NCBI GenBank assembly: GCA_032718475.1
Contig: JAUCBJ010000207.1
Coordinates: 1-42,872 of the forward strand
Reading direction: 5' to 3'
Source: Nemertoderma westbladi
Lineage: Eukaryota > Animalia > Xenacoelomorpha
DNA: 42,872 bases
This document shows positions 32,280 to 42,872 of the stretch, piece after piece. Position numbers and translations under genes: made by a program. The notes under the pieces are model-generated. The model saw only the letters and a list, made by a program, of their open reading frames with translations, ran no database searches and was not told where the DNA came from. Each line of letters begins with the position of its first letter. Position 1 is the stretch's first letter.

Positions 32280-34745
32280 ACTGAGACGTCAGAAGCTGAA
32301 TTAATGTTAATAATCCACGATATTCAGAACTGCAAATCAACCAATGACCTATTTCCAGTTAAACTGTTAAAAATTGCTGCACCATTCTTCGTCGGACACT
32401 ATGTTCCTTATTTATCTGTGTAAACGAAGGGGCGTCTTTCCGGATTGTCTTAAGAAGGCGGCCGTGGTTCCCATACATAAAGATGCCTCCCCTTTTGATC
32501 CTTCCAACTACCGACCAATTTCGCTACTTCCTGTTTTCGAGAAAGTCCTCGAGGTAATTGTTGCTTCGCAATTGTCGTCATTCTTTAATAAGTTCCAAAT
32601 TTTTGTAAAAATCAATATGGTTTTCGTCGAGGGCATTATACTACTGTTCAAGCTCTAATTAATGTTGCTTACCAGCTTCAGGACGCTCTAGATAGTCAAT
32701 TATACTCGTGTGTTGTTTTTATTCATTTTCGCAAGGCTTTTGACACCATAGACCACAGGGTGCTCCTTAAGGGGGGGGTACACCATTTTGGTCCAAAATA
32801 TGTCGAAATTTTTTTTATGGTCTATTAAAATGCACCATTGAATGGTGTTTCCAAATCTGAAAACCGCTATTTAATAGCTCTTTTAGTTTTCAAGTTACGT
32901 AAATTTCCATTTACGGAATCCTATTGAAATTACTATTACTATGTATAATGAAAGGTCGATTATCTCCAAATATTTTTTTCATGAAATTGTCAACTTCAAA
33001 ACCCTACTACTTCTACAATTTTTGAGTAATTAGTCTGAAACTTCTTGTGGGTGTCTAGATAGCCACCCTGCATAAAAGTATCAGACAACTTTTCGAAATT
33101 TTTTGTTAATAAAATTTAATACTATTTATAAAAAACCTAAAAATTTACATAAATTTGCAGCGCCACCTAGCGGAGCAGAATTATTTTAACAAAATTTCGC
33201 CTGATAGTTATGTTGCCCCATCTTTGATCTATCATATAAAAAACGTTCATGTGATTAGGTTCAAAACTGTAAAAGCCTTAGGGTTTTAAGCGCAACCAAG
33301 TTTTTTTTGTTGTTAACTAGTATTAACTAATATTAAATGGCGAAAAAAAAAAATTTTCTGACCTGTCATGTAGAATAGCATCTTAGGTACCTATATGCCA
33401 AATTTTAGCCAAAATCAAACAATTTTGAAACGCTGAGAGTGATAAATCAAAGAGTTGTCCGAAAATGGTGTACCCCCCCCTTAAATAGGTCGAGGTATAT
33501 GGTGTGAGAGGAATTCCGCATCAATTCCTTTCAAGTTACCTTACCTCACGTTCGCAGTGCGTTAAAATTGGTGCCGTTTACTTAGATTTTCTACCAATAA
33601 CGACTGATGTCCCCCAGGGTTCGATATTTGGACCATTTACTTTTTTTAATTTATATAAATGATCTACCTAGAGTAACATCGCTACTTAGTGTACTTTACG
33701 CGGATGATACCTGTTTATTACGTAGCCATATTATTAAATGCCATAATCTTGTAGACATTATTAACTTAGAAATTGAAAGTTTAAATGAATGGTTCGCAGC
33801 AAATAAGCTGTCACTAAATATGTCTAAAACAGTTTATTGTTTATTTACAAATAAGACAACAGATTCAGCTCTAAAAGTTAAAATTAAGAAACACGAGTTA
33901 CTTAAGCGTAACCTTGTCTACCTTGTAAAGTATCTGGGCTTATCTTTAGATAGTAACTTAACATTGAAGGGACACACCGCCTTTTTTCTGTCTTACTGTA
34001 TATTAAAAAATTGACTGGATTATTTTATAAACTACGTTACAAGTTGCCCCTCAATGATTTAAAGTCGATATATTATTCACTGACGGTACATACTAAACTA
34101 CTGTTTGGACTAGAATTATGGGGTTCTACTTTTGAGACTTCTATTAAACGTATTAGGGTCCAAGTCAACAAAATAGTTAGAGCTAGAACCTTTAGTGACT
34201 GGGACGCACACTATATACCTATTTATAAACAGTTAGAAATACTTCCGCTACAATCATTGTTTAAGCTAAATGTAGGCAAATTAATGTTCGACGCTTTTAA
34301 TGAAAATTTACCAGTACGGCTCGCCAATATTTTTAGAAAGTCAAATATCCGCTATACTCACAAGAACACAAACAATAGTTTTTTCCCCCGTTTCAATACA
34401 GAATTAAACTCCTAAATAAAAAGCACCTTTTCGCCAAAGCATTTAAAAAACACTTATTATCTACTGCTGAATAAATTTAACATAACAATATTTTTCGTCG
34501 TTTTTGGATTATTTAATCACCCACTCTAACATCTGCTAAACTTTATCAATATAATATATTCCATATTCAGTTCATTTTCATATTTTCTTTCTCATTTCTG
34601 CATCGCATAATACAATTCAAACTATTTCTCAGAAGACCAGTACCTATCAAGCTTCGGCTTTCTAACTGGTCTCCTGTTCCTTTCTAACTCACCTCCATCA
34701 ATGTGCTACTCATACTAAACACGCTTGTGTTAAAATAAAATTCTG
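32280..34745 (+). mobile_element. 5'-truncated CR1-group LINE (RT pseudogene + 3' UTR), split by a MITE
   Basis: FPDCLKKA.VVPIHK...PSNYRPISLLPVFEKVLE, QYGFR, KAFDTIDH, VPQGS..GP, IYINDL, LYADDT, VKYLGL..D. A 3' stem-loop lies at 34634-34672 and AATAAA at about 34735. Confidence 0.9.
32771..33480. mobile_element. Kolobok-type MITE (710 bp) with TTAA target duplication
   Basis: TIR GGGGGGGGTACACCATTTT / AAAATGGTGTACCCCCCCC and TTAA at 32767-32770 and 33481-33484. Removing it restores the RT frame FDTIDHRVLLK*VEVYGVRG. Confidence 0.9.
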
Positions 34746-35225
34746 TGCTTAGTGGTGGGTTTGCTTACCGATATAAATCGACCCTGTCTTGAAAAAACAA
34801 CACAAGCGACATATTTTTCAAAAACCACCTTTTTATTGTTTCTGACCAATTAGAGCGCCTTCTACTGATCTATCGCGGTCTCGAAGGCTCAAAATCAACG
34901 GTTTAGAAGTTATAAGCTTATAGCTGACCATAACAACTCAAGCGACATGTTTAGGTTGATCTTATGATAGGCCAATTTTTTTTATAACAACCTAAGCGAC
35001 AACTTTTTATGTATATTTCCATAGTAATCATGGGACTATCCAATGGAATAACACAATTAGGACATTGTTTTATAATGTGTTTTATGCTGCATAGTGAATC
35101 TTTAAACGTTACAAACGAATATTCATTATGTCTGTTGAAGTTGAAATTGCTGAAAACTGTTTCTAATTTATCTACCAATTAAGGATGTAAGGTAGAGATG
35201 CGCCTTGGTCGGTCAGTCCCCTTCA

Positions 35226-38200
35226 AGCTAAATATAAAACACATTGATAGAGCTAAATATAAAACACATTGATAGAGCTAAATACAAAGCGCATTGATAG
35301 AGCTAAATATAAAACACATTGATAGAGATAAATATAAAGCGCATTGATAGAGCTAAATATAAAACACATTGATAGAGCTAAATATAAAACGCATTGATAC
35401 AGCTAAATATAAAACGCATTGATACAGCTAAATATAAAACGCATTGATAGAGCTAAATATAAAACACATTGATAGAGCTAAATATAAAACGCATTGATAG
35501 AGCTAAATATAAAACGCATTGATAGAGCTAAATATAAAACGCATTGATAGAGCTAAATATAAAACGCATTGATAGACCTAAATATAAAACACATTGATAG
35601 AGCTAAATATAAAACGCATTGATAGAGCTAAATATAAAACGCATTGATAGAGCTAAATATAAAACGCATTGATAGAGCTAAATATAAAACACATTGATAG
35701 AGCTAAATATAAAACGCATTGATAGAGCTAAATATAAAACGCATTGATAGAGCTAAATATAAAACGCATTGATAGAGCTAAATATAAAACGCATTGATAG
35801 AGCTAAATATAAAACACATTTATACAGCTAAATATAAAACGCATTGATAGAGCTAAATATAAAACGCATTGATAGAGCTAAATATAAAACGCATTGATAG
35901 AGCTAAATATAAAGCGCAATGATAGAGCTAAATATAAAACGCATTGATAGAGCTAAATATAAAACGCATTGATAGAGCTAAATATAAAGCGCAATGATAG
36001 AGCTAAATATAAAACGCATTGATACAGCTAAATATAAAACGCATTGATAGAGCTAAATATAAAACGCATTGATAGAGCTAAATATAAAACACATTGATAG
36101 AGCTAAATATAAAACGCATTGATAGAGCTAAATATAAAGCGCAATGATAGAGCTAAATATAAAACGCATTGATACAGCTAAATATAAAACGCATTGATAG
36201 AGCTAAATATAAAACGCATTGATAGAGCTAAATATAAAACACATTGATAGAGCTAAATATAAAACGCATTGATAGAGCTAAATATAAAACGCATTGATAG
36301 AGCTAAATATAAAACGCAATGATAGAACTAAATATAAAACGCATTGATAGAGCTAAATATAAAACGCATTGATAGAGCTAAATATAAAGCGCAATGATAG
36401 AGCTAAATATAAAACGCATTGATAGAGCTAAATATAAAACGCATTGATAGAGCTAAATATAAAACGCATTGATAGAGCTAAATATAAAACACATTGATAG
36501 AGCTAAATATAAAACGCATTGATAGAGCTAAATATAAAACGCATTGATAGAGCTAAATATAAAACGCATTGATAGAGCTAAATATAAAACACATTGATAG
36601 AGCTAAATATAAAACGCATTGATAGAGCTAAATATAAAACGCATTGATAGAGCTAAATATAAAACGCATTGATACAGCTAAATATAAAACGCATTGATAG
36701 AGCTAAATATAAAACGCATTGATAGAGCTAAATATAAAACACATTGATAGAGCTAAATATAAAACGCATTGATAGAGCTAAATATAAAACGCATTGATAG
36801 AGCTAAATATAAAACGCATTGATAGAGCTAAATATAAAACGCATTGATAGAGCTAAATATAAAACACATTGATAGAGCTAAATATAAAACGCATTGATAG
36901 AGCTAAATATAAAACGCATTGATAGAGCTAAATATAAAACGCATTGATAGAGCTAAATATAAAACACATTGATAGAGCTAAATATAAAACGCATTGATAG
37001 AGCTAAATATAAAACGCATTGATAGAGCTAAATATAAAACGCATTGATAGAGCTAAATATAAAACACATTGATAGAGCTAAATATAAAACACATTGATAC
37101 AGCTAAATATAAAACGCATTGATAGAGCTAAATATAAAACGCATTGATAGAGCTAAATATAAAACGCATTGATAGAGCTAAATATAAAGCGCATTTATAG
37201 AGCTAAATATAAAACGCATTTATAGAGCTAAATATAAAACGCATTGATAGAGCTAAATATAAAACGCATTGATAGAGCTAAATATAAAACACATTGATAG
37301 AGCTAAATATAAAACGCATTGATAGAGCTAAATATAAAACGCATTTATAGAGCTAAATATAAAACGCATTGATAGAGCTAAATATAAAACGCATTGATAG
37401 AGCTAAATATAAAACGCATTTATAGAGCTAAATATAAAAAGCATGGATAGAGCTAAATATAAAATGCATTGATAGAGCTAAATATAAAACGCATTGATAG
37501 AGCTAAATATAAAACACATTGATAGAGCTAAATATAAAGCGCAATGAATTGATAGAGCTAAATATAAAACGCATTTATAGAGCTAAATATAAAACGCATT
37601 TATAGAGCTAAATATAAAACGCATTTATAGAGCTAAATATAAAACGCATTGATAGAGCTAAATATAAAACGCATTGATAGAGCTAAATATAAAACACATT
37701 GATAGAGCTAAATATAAAACGCATTGATAGAGCTAAATATAAAACGCATTTATAGAGCTAAATATAAAACGCATTGATAGAGCTAAATATAAAACGCATT
37801 GATAGAGCTAAATATAAAACGCATTGATAGAGCTAAATATAAAACGCATTGATAGAGCTAAATATAAAACGCATTGATACAGCTAAATATAAAACGCATT
37901 GATAGAGCTAAATATAAAACACATTGATACAGCTATATATAAAACGCATTGATAGAGCTAAATATAAAACGCATTGATAGAGCTAAATATAAAACGCATT
38001 GATAGAGCTAAATATAAAGCGCAATGATAGAGCTAAATATAAAACGCATTGATAGAGCTAAATATAAAACGCATTGATAGAGCTAAATATAAAACGCATT
38101 GATAGAGCTAAATATAAAACGCATTGATAGAGCTAAATATAAAACGCATTGATAGAGCTAAATATAAAACGCATTGATAGAGCTAAATATAAAACGCATT

Positions 38201-39479
38201 GATAGAGCTAAATATAAAACGCATTTATAGAGCTAAATATAAAACGCATTGATAGAGCTAAATATAAAACGCATTGATAGAGCTAAATATAAAACGCATT
38301 GATAGAGCTAAATATAAAACGCATTGATAGAGCTAAATATAAAACGCATTGATACAGCTAAATATAAAACGCATTGATAGAGCTAAATATAAAACACATT
38401 GATACAGCTATATATAAAACGCATTGATAGAGCTAAATATAAAACGCATTGATAGAGCTAAATATAAAACGCATTGATAGAGCTAAATATAAAGCGCAAT
38501 GATAGAGCTAAATATAAAACGCATTGATAGAGCTAAATATAAAACGCATTGATAGAGCTAAATATAAAACGCATTGATAGAGCTAAATATAAAACGCATT
38601 GATAGAGCTAAATATAAAACGCATTGATAGAGCTAAATATAAAACGCATTGATAGAGCTAAATATAAAACGCATTTATAGAGCTAAATATAAAAAGCATG
38701 GATAGAGCTAAATATAAAATGCATTGATAGAGCTAAATATAAAACGCATTGATAGAGCTAAATATAAAACACATTGATAGAGCTAAATATAAAGCGCAAT
38801 GAATTGATAGAGCTAAATATAAAACGCATTTATAGAACTAAATATAAAACGCATTTATAGAGCTAAATATAAAACGCATTTATAGAGCTAAATATAAAAC
38901 GCATTGATAGAGCTAAATATAAAACGCATTGATAGAGCTAAATATAAAACACATTGATAGAGCTAAATATAAAACGCATTGATAGAGCTAAATATAAAAC
39001 GCATTTATAGAGCTAAATATAAAACGCATTGATAGAGCTAAATATAAAACGCATTGATAGAGCTAAATATAAAACGCATTGATAGAGCTAAATATAAAAC
39101 GCATTGATAGAGCTAAATATAAAACGCATTGATACAGCTAAATATAAAACGCATTGATAGAGCTAAATATAAAACACATTGATACAGCTATATATAAAAC
39201 GCATTGATAGAGCTAAATATAAAACGCATTGATAGAGCTAAATATAAAACGCATTGATAGAGCTAAATATAAAGCGCAATGATAGAGCTAAATATAAAAC
39301 GCATTGATAGAGCTAAATATAAAACGCATTGATAGAGCTAAATATAAAACGCATTGATAGAGCTAAATATAAAACGCATTGATAGAGCTAAATATAAAAC
39401 GCATTGATAGAGCTAAATATAAAACGCATTGATAGAGCTAAATATAAAACGCATTTATAGAGCTAAATATAAAACGCAT
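35226..39479. repeat. Satellite array, 25-bp unit AGCTAAATATAAAACGCATTGATAG, about 170 copies
   Basis: Contiguous head-to-tail monomers with a few recurrent variants and no spacers. Confidence 0.98.
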
Positions 39480-39637
39480 AAAATTACTGAAAATAATTAC
39501 TGATATGATAGTTGTAACAAATGTTCATATAAAATTATGTAAAAATTTACATAATTGAATTAAATTGGTTTCGCTCTTATCTTAGTGAGTGCTCTTATCG
39601 AGTACTTATTGGATATAGTTATTCACATGGAGTTAAT

Positions 39638-40278
39638 ATGGAGTTCCACAGGGTTCTCTGTTCTTGGGCCATTATTATTTTCACTATATACGCGTCCCCT
39701 TTACAACGTAATTCGGCGACATGGTCTAAAATTCACTTGTATGCTGATGATACTCAGCTATATGTTTCATTTAAACGTAGTGAGGTTTCTGAAGCCATAA
39801 ATGTTAGTGCAGATTGCATTGCTGATATTAAAAATTGGATGAATAAGCATTTTATGAAAATGAATGACGGTAAGACTGAGATGGTCCTAATGCAATCGCG
39901 TTTTGCTGATCAACAGCTGCTAATCGGGGGGAAAATGGTGGAAAGTAGTAAATCTGCCAGGACTATTGGTTTTATTGAGGATGAACACCTGAGGATGGAT
40001 AAACAAATAGCTCACGTAGTTAAGGAGTCATTCTACCACATTTACTTAATTAATATTGCATGATTTTAAACTCTACTTAATTATTTGCTGGATTTTTAGA
40101 TCTTTTACTTATAACTTTTACTTATCACTATACTATTGCTGATTTTAAATTCTACTTAATTAATTAATATTACATTGTATTTGTATAATTGTATAATTTG
40201 CAATTGTTCGTTAGTCTGTGCGCCTAGAGCTATTATTGTATAGGCGGGTTATAAATAAAAATTATTATTATTATTATT
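39638..40278 (+). mobile_element. L2-clade LINE fragment (RT core + 3' end, internally deleted)
   Basis: GVPQGS.LGPLLFSLY, HLYADDTQLY.SF and WM..HFMKMNDGKTE. The 3' end has a GCGCCTA...TAGGCG stem and an (ATT)n tail at 40261-40278. Confidence 0.85.
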
Positions 40279-40974
40279 AAAAAGGTAAATGCAGTGCTAA
40301 ATAGTAAGTTTACAATTTAAACATTAGGATACACAGGTTTATGCTAGAGCTTCGTAATATAGGAACTTAATAATGGAACTAAATACATAACGCATAAAAT
40401 TACAAATTACATTTCATTACATTATTGCTGAAAGAGAATTACTATAAAGTTGTTTCAACTCATGTAAAGGTACATTGCAGTTCTAAGTGACGAACAAAAA
40501 GTCGGTATTTTAGAACAGTGTTTAATGGACAGGGTCTATACTATTTAGGAACAATTTACATATGCAAGTACAAATATCATTTGGTCGCCAGCAATATCTG
40601 TAATAATTAGTAAATAAACACAACAGGGCGCTATTGAGCAATTATTATTGTTGTACAATAATTGACCTCAAGCGGGAAATTCAAATTTGTTTAACGTGAT
40701 TTACTCTACTTCCTAGTCTCTGTCTGCACTCTGCATTTGCCTGATTGTTGCTGATGGCTGGACATTTTATTCGAGCCTTTTAGTTAGCTGGTTAGTACCG
40801 GTACTGTGGGACTTCCTTTCTATGTGAGTCCTACATTTTGTAATTTTATTCGTTAATGATAGTTCTCCCAAAGTTTGATACCTTTTATTCACAATTCAGC
40901 AATTAGTCGTGACTTATTACAGTATTATTCAAGCCGCCCCGCCCTACAGCCCTACTCAAATCTACTCGCTACTC

Positions 40975-41238
40975 GGCCCATGTGAAGAATACCAGACTTT
41001 CTGCCCTTATATTTCACTTTGCAGTTTACCCCCATATGAAGAATACCAGGTTTTCACTAGAAACACAGGTAACAGAAGGGCTGAATCTAACCAAAACAAT
41101 AAACAACTGGTTGTAAGACAGAATAACAGATAAAACACTTAAATAAAGATAAATTAAAAAAAATAAAAAATCTTCATATATAGAATTCCAATAAAAAGTC
41201 GACCGAAAAGTTAAATCCTGGTATTCTTCACAAGGGCG
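40975..41238. mobile_element. 264-bp MITE with about 20-bp TIRs and an 8-bp target duplication
   Basis: TIR (G/C)GCCC(A/T)TGTGAAGAATACCAG at both ends. CGCTACTC occurs at 40967-40974 and 41239-41246. An internal third copy of TGAAGAATACCAG is at 41037. Confidence 0.75.
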
Positions 41239-41388
41239 CGCTACTCGGTATTGTTGACTAGGCCTACTGCTCCTATGGATTTTATGATGCAATAAATATT
41301 TATTGAAGTGTTTAACAACTGCACCCACCCACTTTGACGCCCTATCCTTTCTACAGTTCTAACTATTCTGCACTCTAGAGAATAAACA

Positions 41389-42872
41389 ATGCACAGACGT
41401 GTTGCAATCATTGGCGCCGGACAAGCCGGTCTCGTATCCATAAAGGCCTGTCTGGAAGAACGTCTAGACCCTGTGTGTCTGGAGTCCTCGGAGAGCCTAG
41501 GCGGACTCTGGAAGCTAACCGACAAACCCTACGAAGACAACAGAGCGTCCGTCTATAGTTGCTTAGTAACTAACATACCCAAGGATCTAATGGGTCACAG
41601 CGATTACCCATTCAGTGCCGATACGCCGATGTTTCCCACACACAACGTGGTTCTAGAGTATCTTAAAAATTACACGAAAGAGTTTGACCTCGATCGATAT
41701 ATTAAATACAACTGCCACGTTCAAAGTGTGAAACTGAAAGAGTTCACCGACGATAATGAAGGCATTGGATCGTCATCTTGGATTATTGAATACTTAGATA
41801 ATGGGGTTCCGGTAACAGAAACATTTGATTTCGTTATCGCAGCGAGCGGCAAGTTCAACCAACCAATATTCCCAAGTTTATCGGGAATGGATAGATTCCA
41901 AGGCGACGTTATCCACAGCGGCGCTTATCGCGATAACAGCGCTTATAAGAATAAGCGCGTACTCGTGGTGGGCAGCTCGAATTCGGCGGGTGACGTGGCC
42001 AACGACGTGGCCCCTGTAGCCGCGCAGGTCTACCTGAGTTGCCGCGCGGGTTTATGGGTCGTCCCGCGGTTCGCGTCGGGGTACACACCGTTGTTACACC
42101 AACGGAACACAAGGTTTATGAAATACGTCGTAGGTAGAATTCTACCGCAATGGTTGTACGATATTATAATCGAGTCAAAAATTAATGGGTTTTTCGATCA
42201 TAAAAAGTTCGGGTTGAATCCGAAGAAGCCCCTGAAACGCAGCCTTTCCGTCGCAGCAAATGATGAGATTCAGGGTAAAATAGTGACCGGAAGTGTGAAA
42301 CTGAAACCGGAAGTGAGTACCTTCTTGGTGGATAGCGTTGTATTCGGTGGAAAAGTCGTCGCTATTGATAGCGTTATACTTTGCACGGGTTTCGATAGCC
42401 GACACGACTACCTCCCCGAAAGTTTACGACCCGGGCAGACGACCCCGCTGTACCGGTGGGTGTTTCCCATCAGTTTAGGCCGTCGCCCTTCTCTCGCTGT
42501 TGTCGGCTACGTCTCCACTACCAACGCGATCTTCCCCATCTCCGAGATCCAATCTCGCTTAGTGGCCGCGGTATTCTCCGGGAGAGTGGAGCTGCCGAGC
42601 GTGGAGGCAATGAGAGCGGAGTGGGGGAAGTGGGTGGCGTTTATCCGCGGGACTTTCAACACGTACAGACCCGTGGTGGACCCTATTCACTACTCCGACG
42701 CGATTGCCGCTATGCTGGGTTGCCTACCTTCTCCTATAGACTTACTGTTGTCGGATCCTCGGCTGTTCAGGACTTTGTGTTTCGGTCCGGCTTATCCCAC
42801 CGCCTACCGACTGCAAGGTCCTCACGCCTGGGCCGGAGCTCGACAATGTTGCCTAGGAGCTCCCACCGATCT
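41389..42872 (+). CDS. Flavin-containing monooxygenase (FMO family), open to the window end (494 codons seen), missed by the ORF track
   Basis: Manual translation: MHRRVAIIGAGQAGL (FAD motif), LGGLW, VTN, FQGDVIHSGAY (FMO fingerprint), RVLVVGSSNSA, LCTGF, PISEIQSR and YRLQGPHAWAGAR. No stop or intron was seen. Confidence 0.95.
   Translation, partial: MHRRVAIIGAGQAGLVSIKACLEERLDPVCLESSESLGGLWKLTDKPYEDNRASVYSCLVTNIPKDLMGHSDYPFSADTPMFPTHNVVLEYLKNYTKEFDLDRYIKYNCHVQSVKLKEFTDDNEGIGSSSWIIEYLDNGVPVTETFDFVIAASGKFNQPIFPSLSGMDRFQGDVIHSGAYRDNSAYKNKRVLVVGSSNSAGDVANDVAPVAAQVYLSCRAGLWVVPRFASGYTPLLHQRNTRFMKYVVGRILPQWLYDIIIESKINGFFDHKKFGLNPKKPLKRSLSVAANDEIQGKIVTGSVKLKPEVSTFLVDSVVFGGKVVAIDSVILCTGFDSRHDYLPESLRPGQTTPLYRWVFPISLGRRPSLAVVGYVSTTNAIFPISEIQSRLVAAVFSGRVELPSVEAMRAEWGKWVAFIRGTFNTYRPVVDPIHYSDAIAAMLGCLPSPIDLLLSDPRLFRTLCFGPAYPTAYRLQGPHAWAGARQCCLGAPTD

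Noticed and set aside
34745-35225. Helitron or TIR element enclosing the satellite
   Set aside because: I could not find matching termini or a target duplication on both flanks by eye.
35226-39479. CRISPR array
   Set aside because: The monomers are contiguous with no unique spacers, there are no cas genes, and the context is eukaryotic.

Overview
Eukaryotic, most likely invertebrate animal, genomic DNA that is mostly transposon-derived. No prokaryotic operon or CRISPR is present. From 1 to about 15.2 kb are two minus-strand BEL/Pao LTR retrotransposons. Element A (5' LTR plus a very long gag, running off the left edge) is inserted into the integrase of the degenerate element B. From about 18.2 to 24.3 kb is a degenerate RTE-X-like LINE whose ORF1 region is a 1.8 kb frame-preserving modular repeat. 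From 24.5 to 29.1 kb is a nested stack: a CR1/L2-group LINE 3' end, an RTE fragment with a 55-bp target duplication, a TTAA Kolobok-type MITE and a BEL pol fragment. Next come a fold-back tRNA-derived element (30.4-30.7 kb), an intact NTMT1 gene (31048-31779, minus), a CR1-group LINE split by a second Kolobok-type MITE, a 4.25 kb satellite of 25-bp units, and an L2 fragment. The window ends in a flavin-containing monooxygenase gene (41389 to the end, plus) that the ORF track missed. The best candidates for something new are the structured BEL-B leader (two promoters, splice sites, three GNUA hairpins), the tRNA fold-back, the RTE-X ORF1 repeat protein, and the RTE target duplication that coincides with a hairpin. 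All are inferences from manual reading, and no searches were run.
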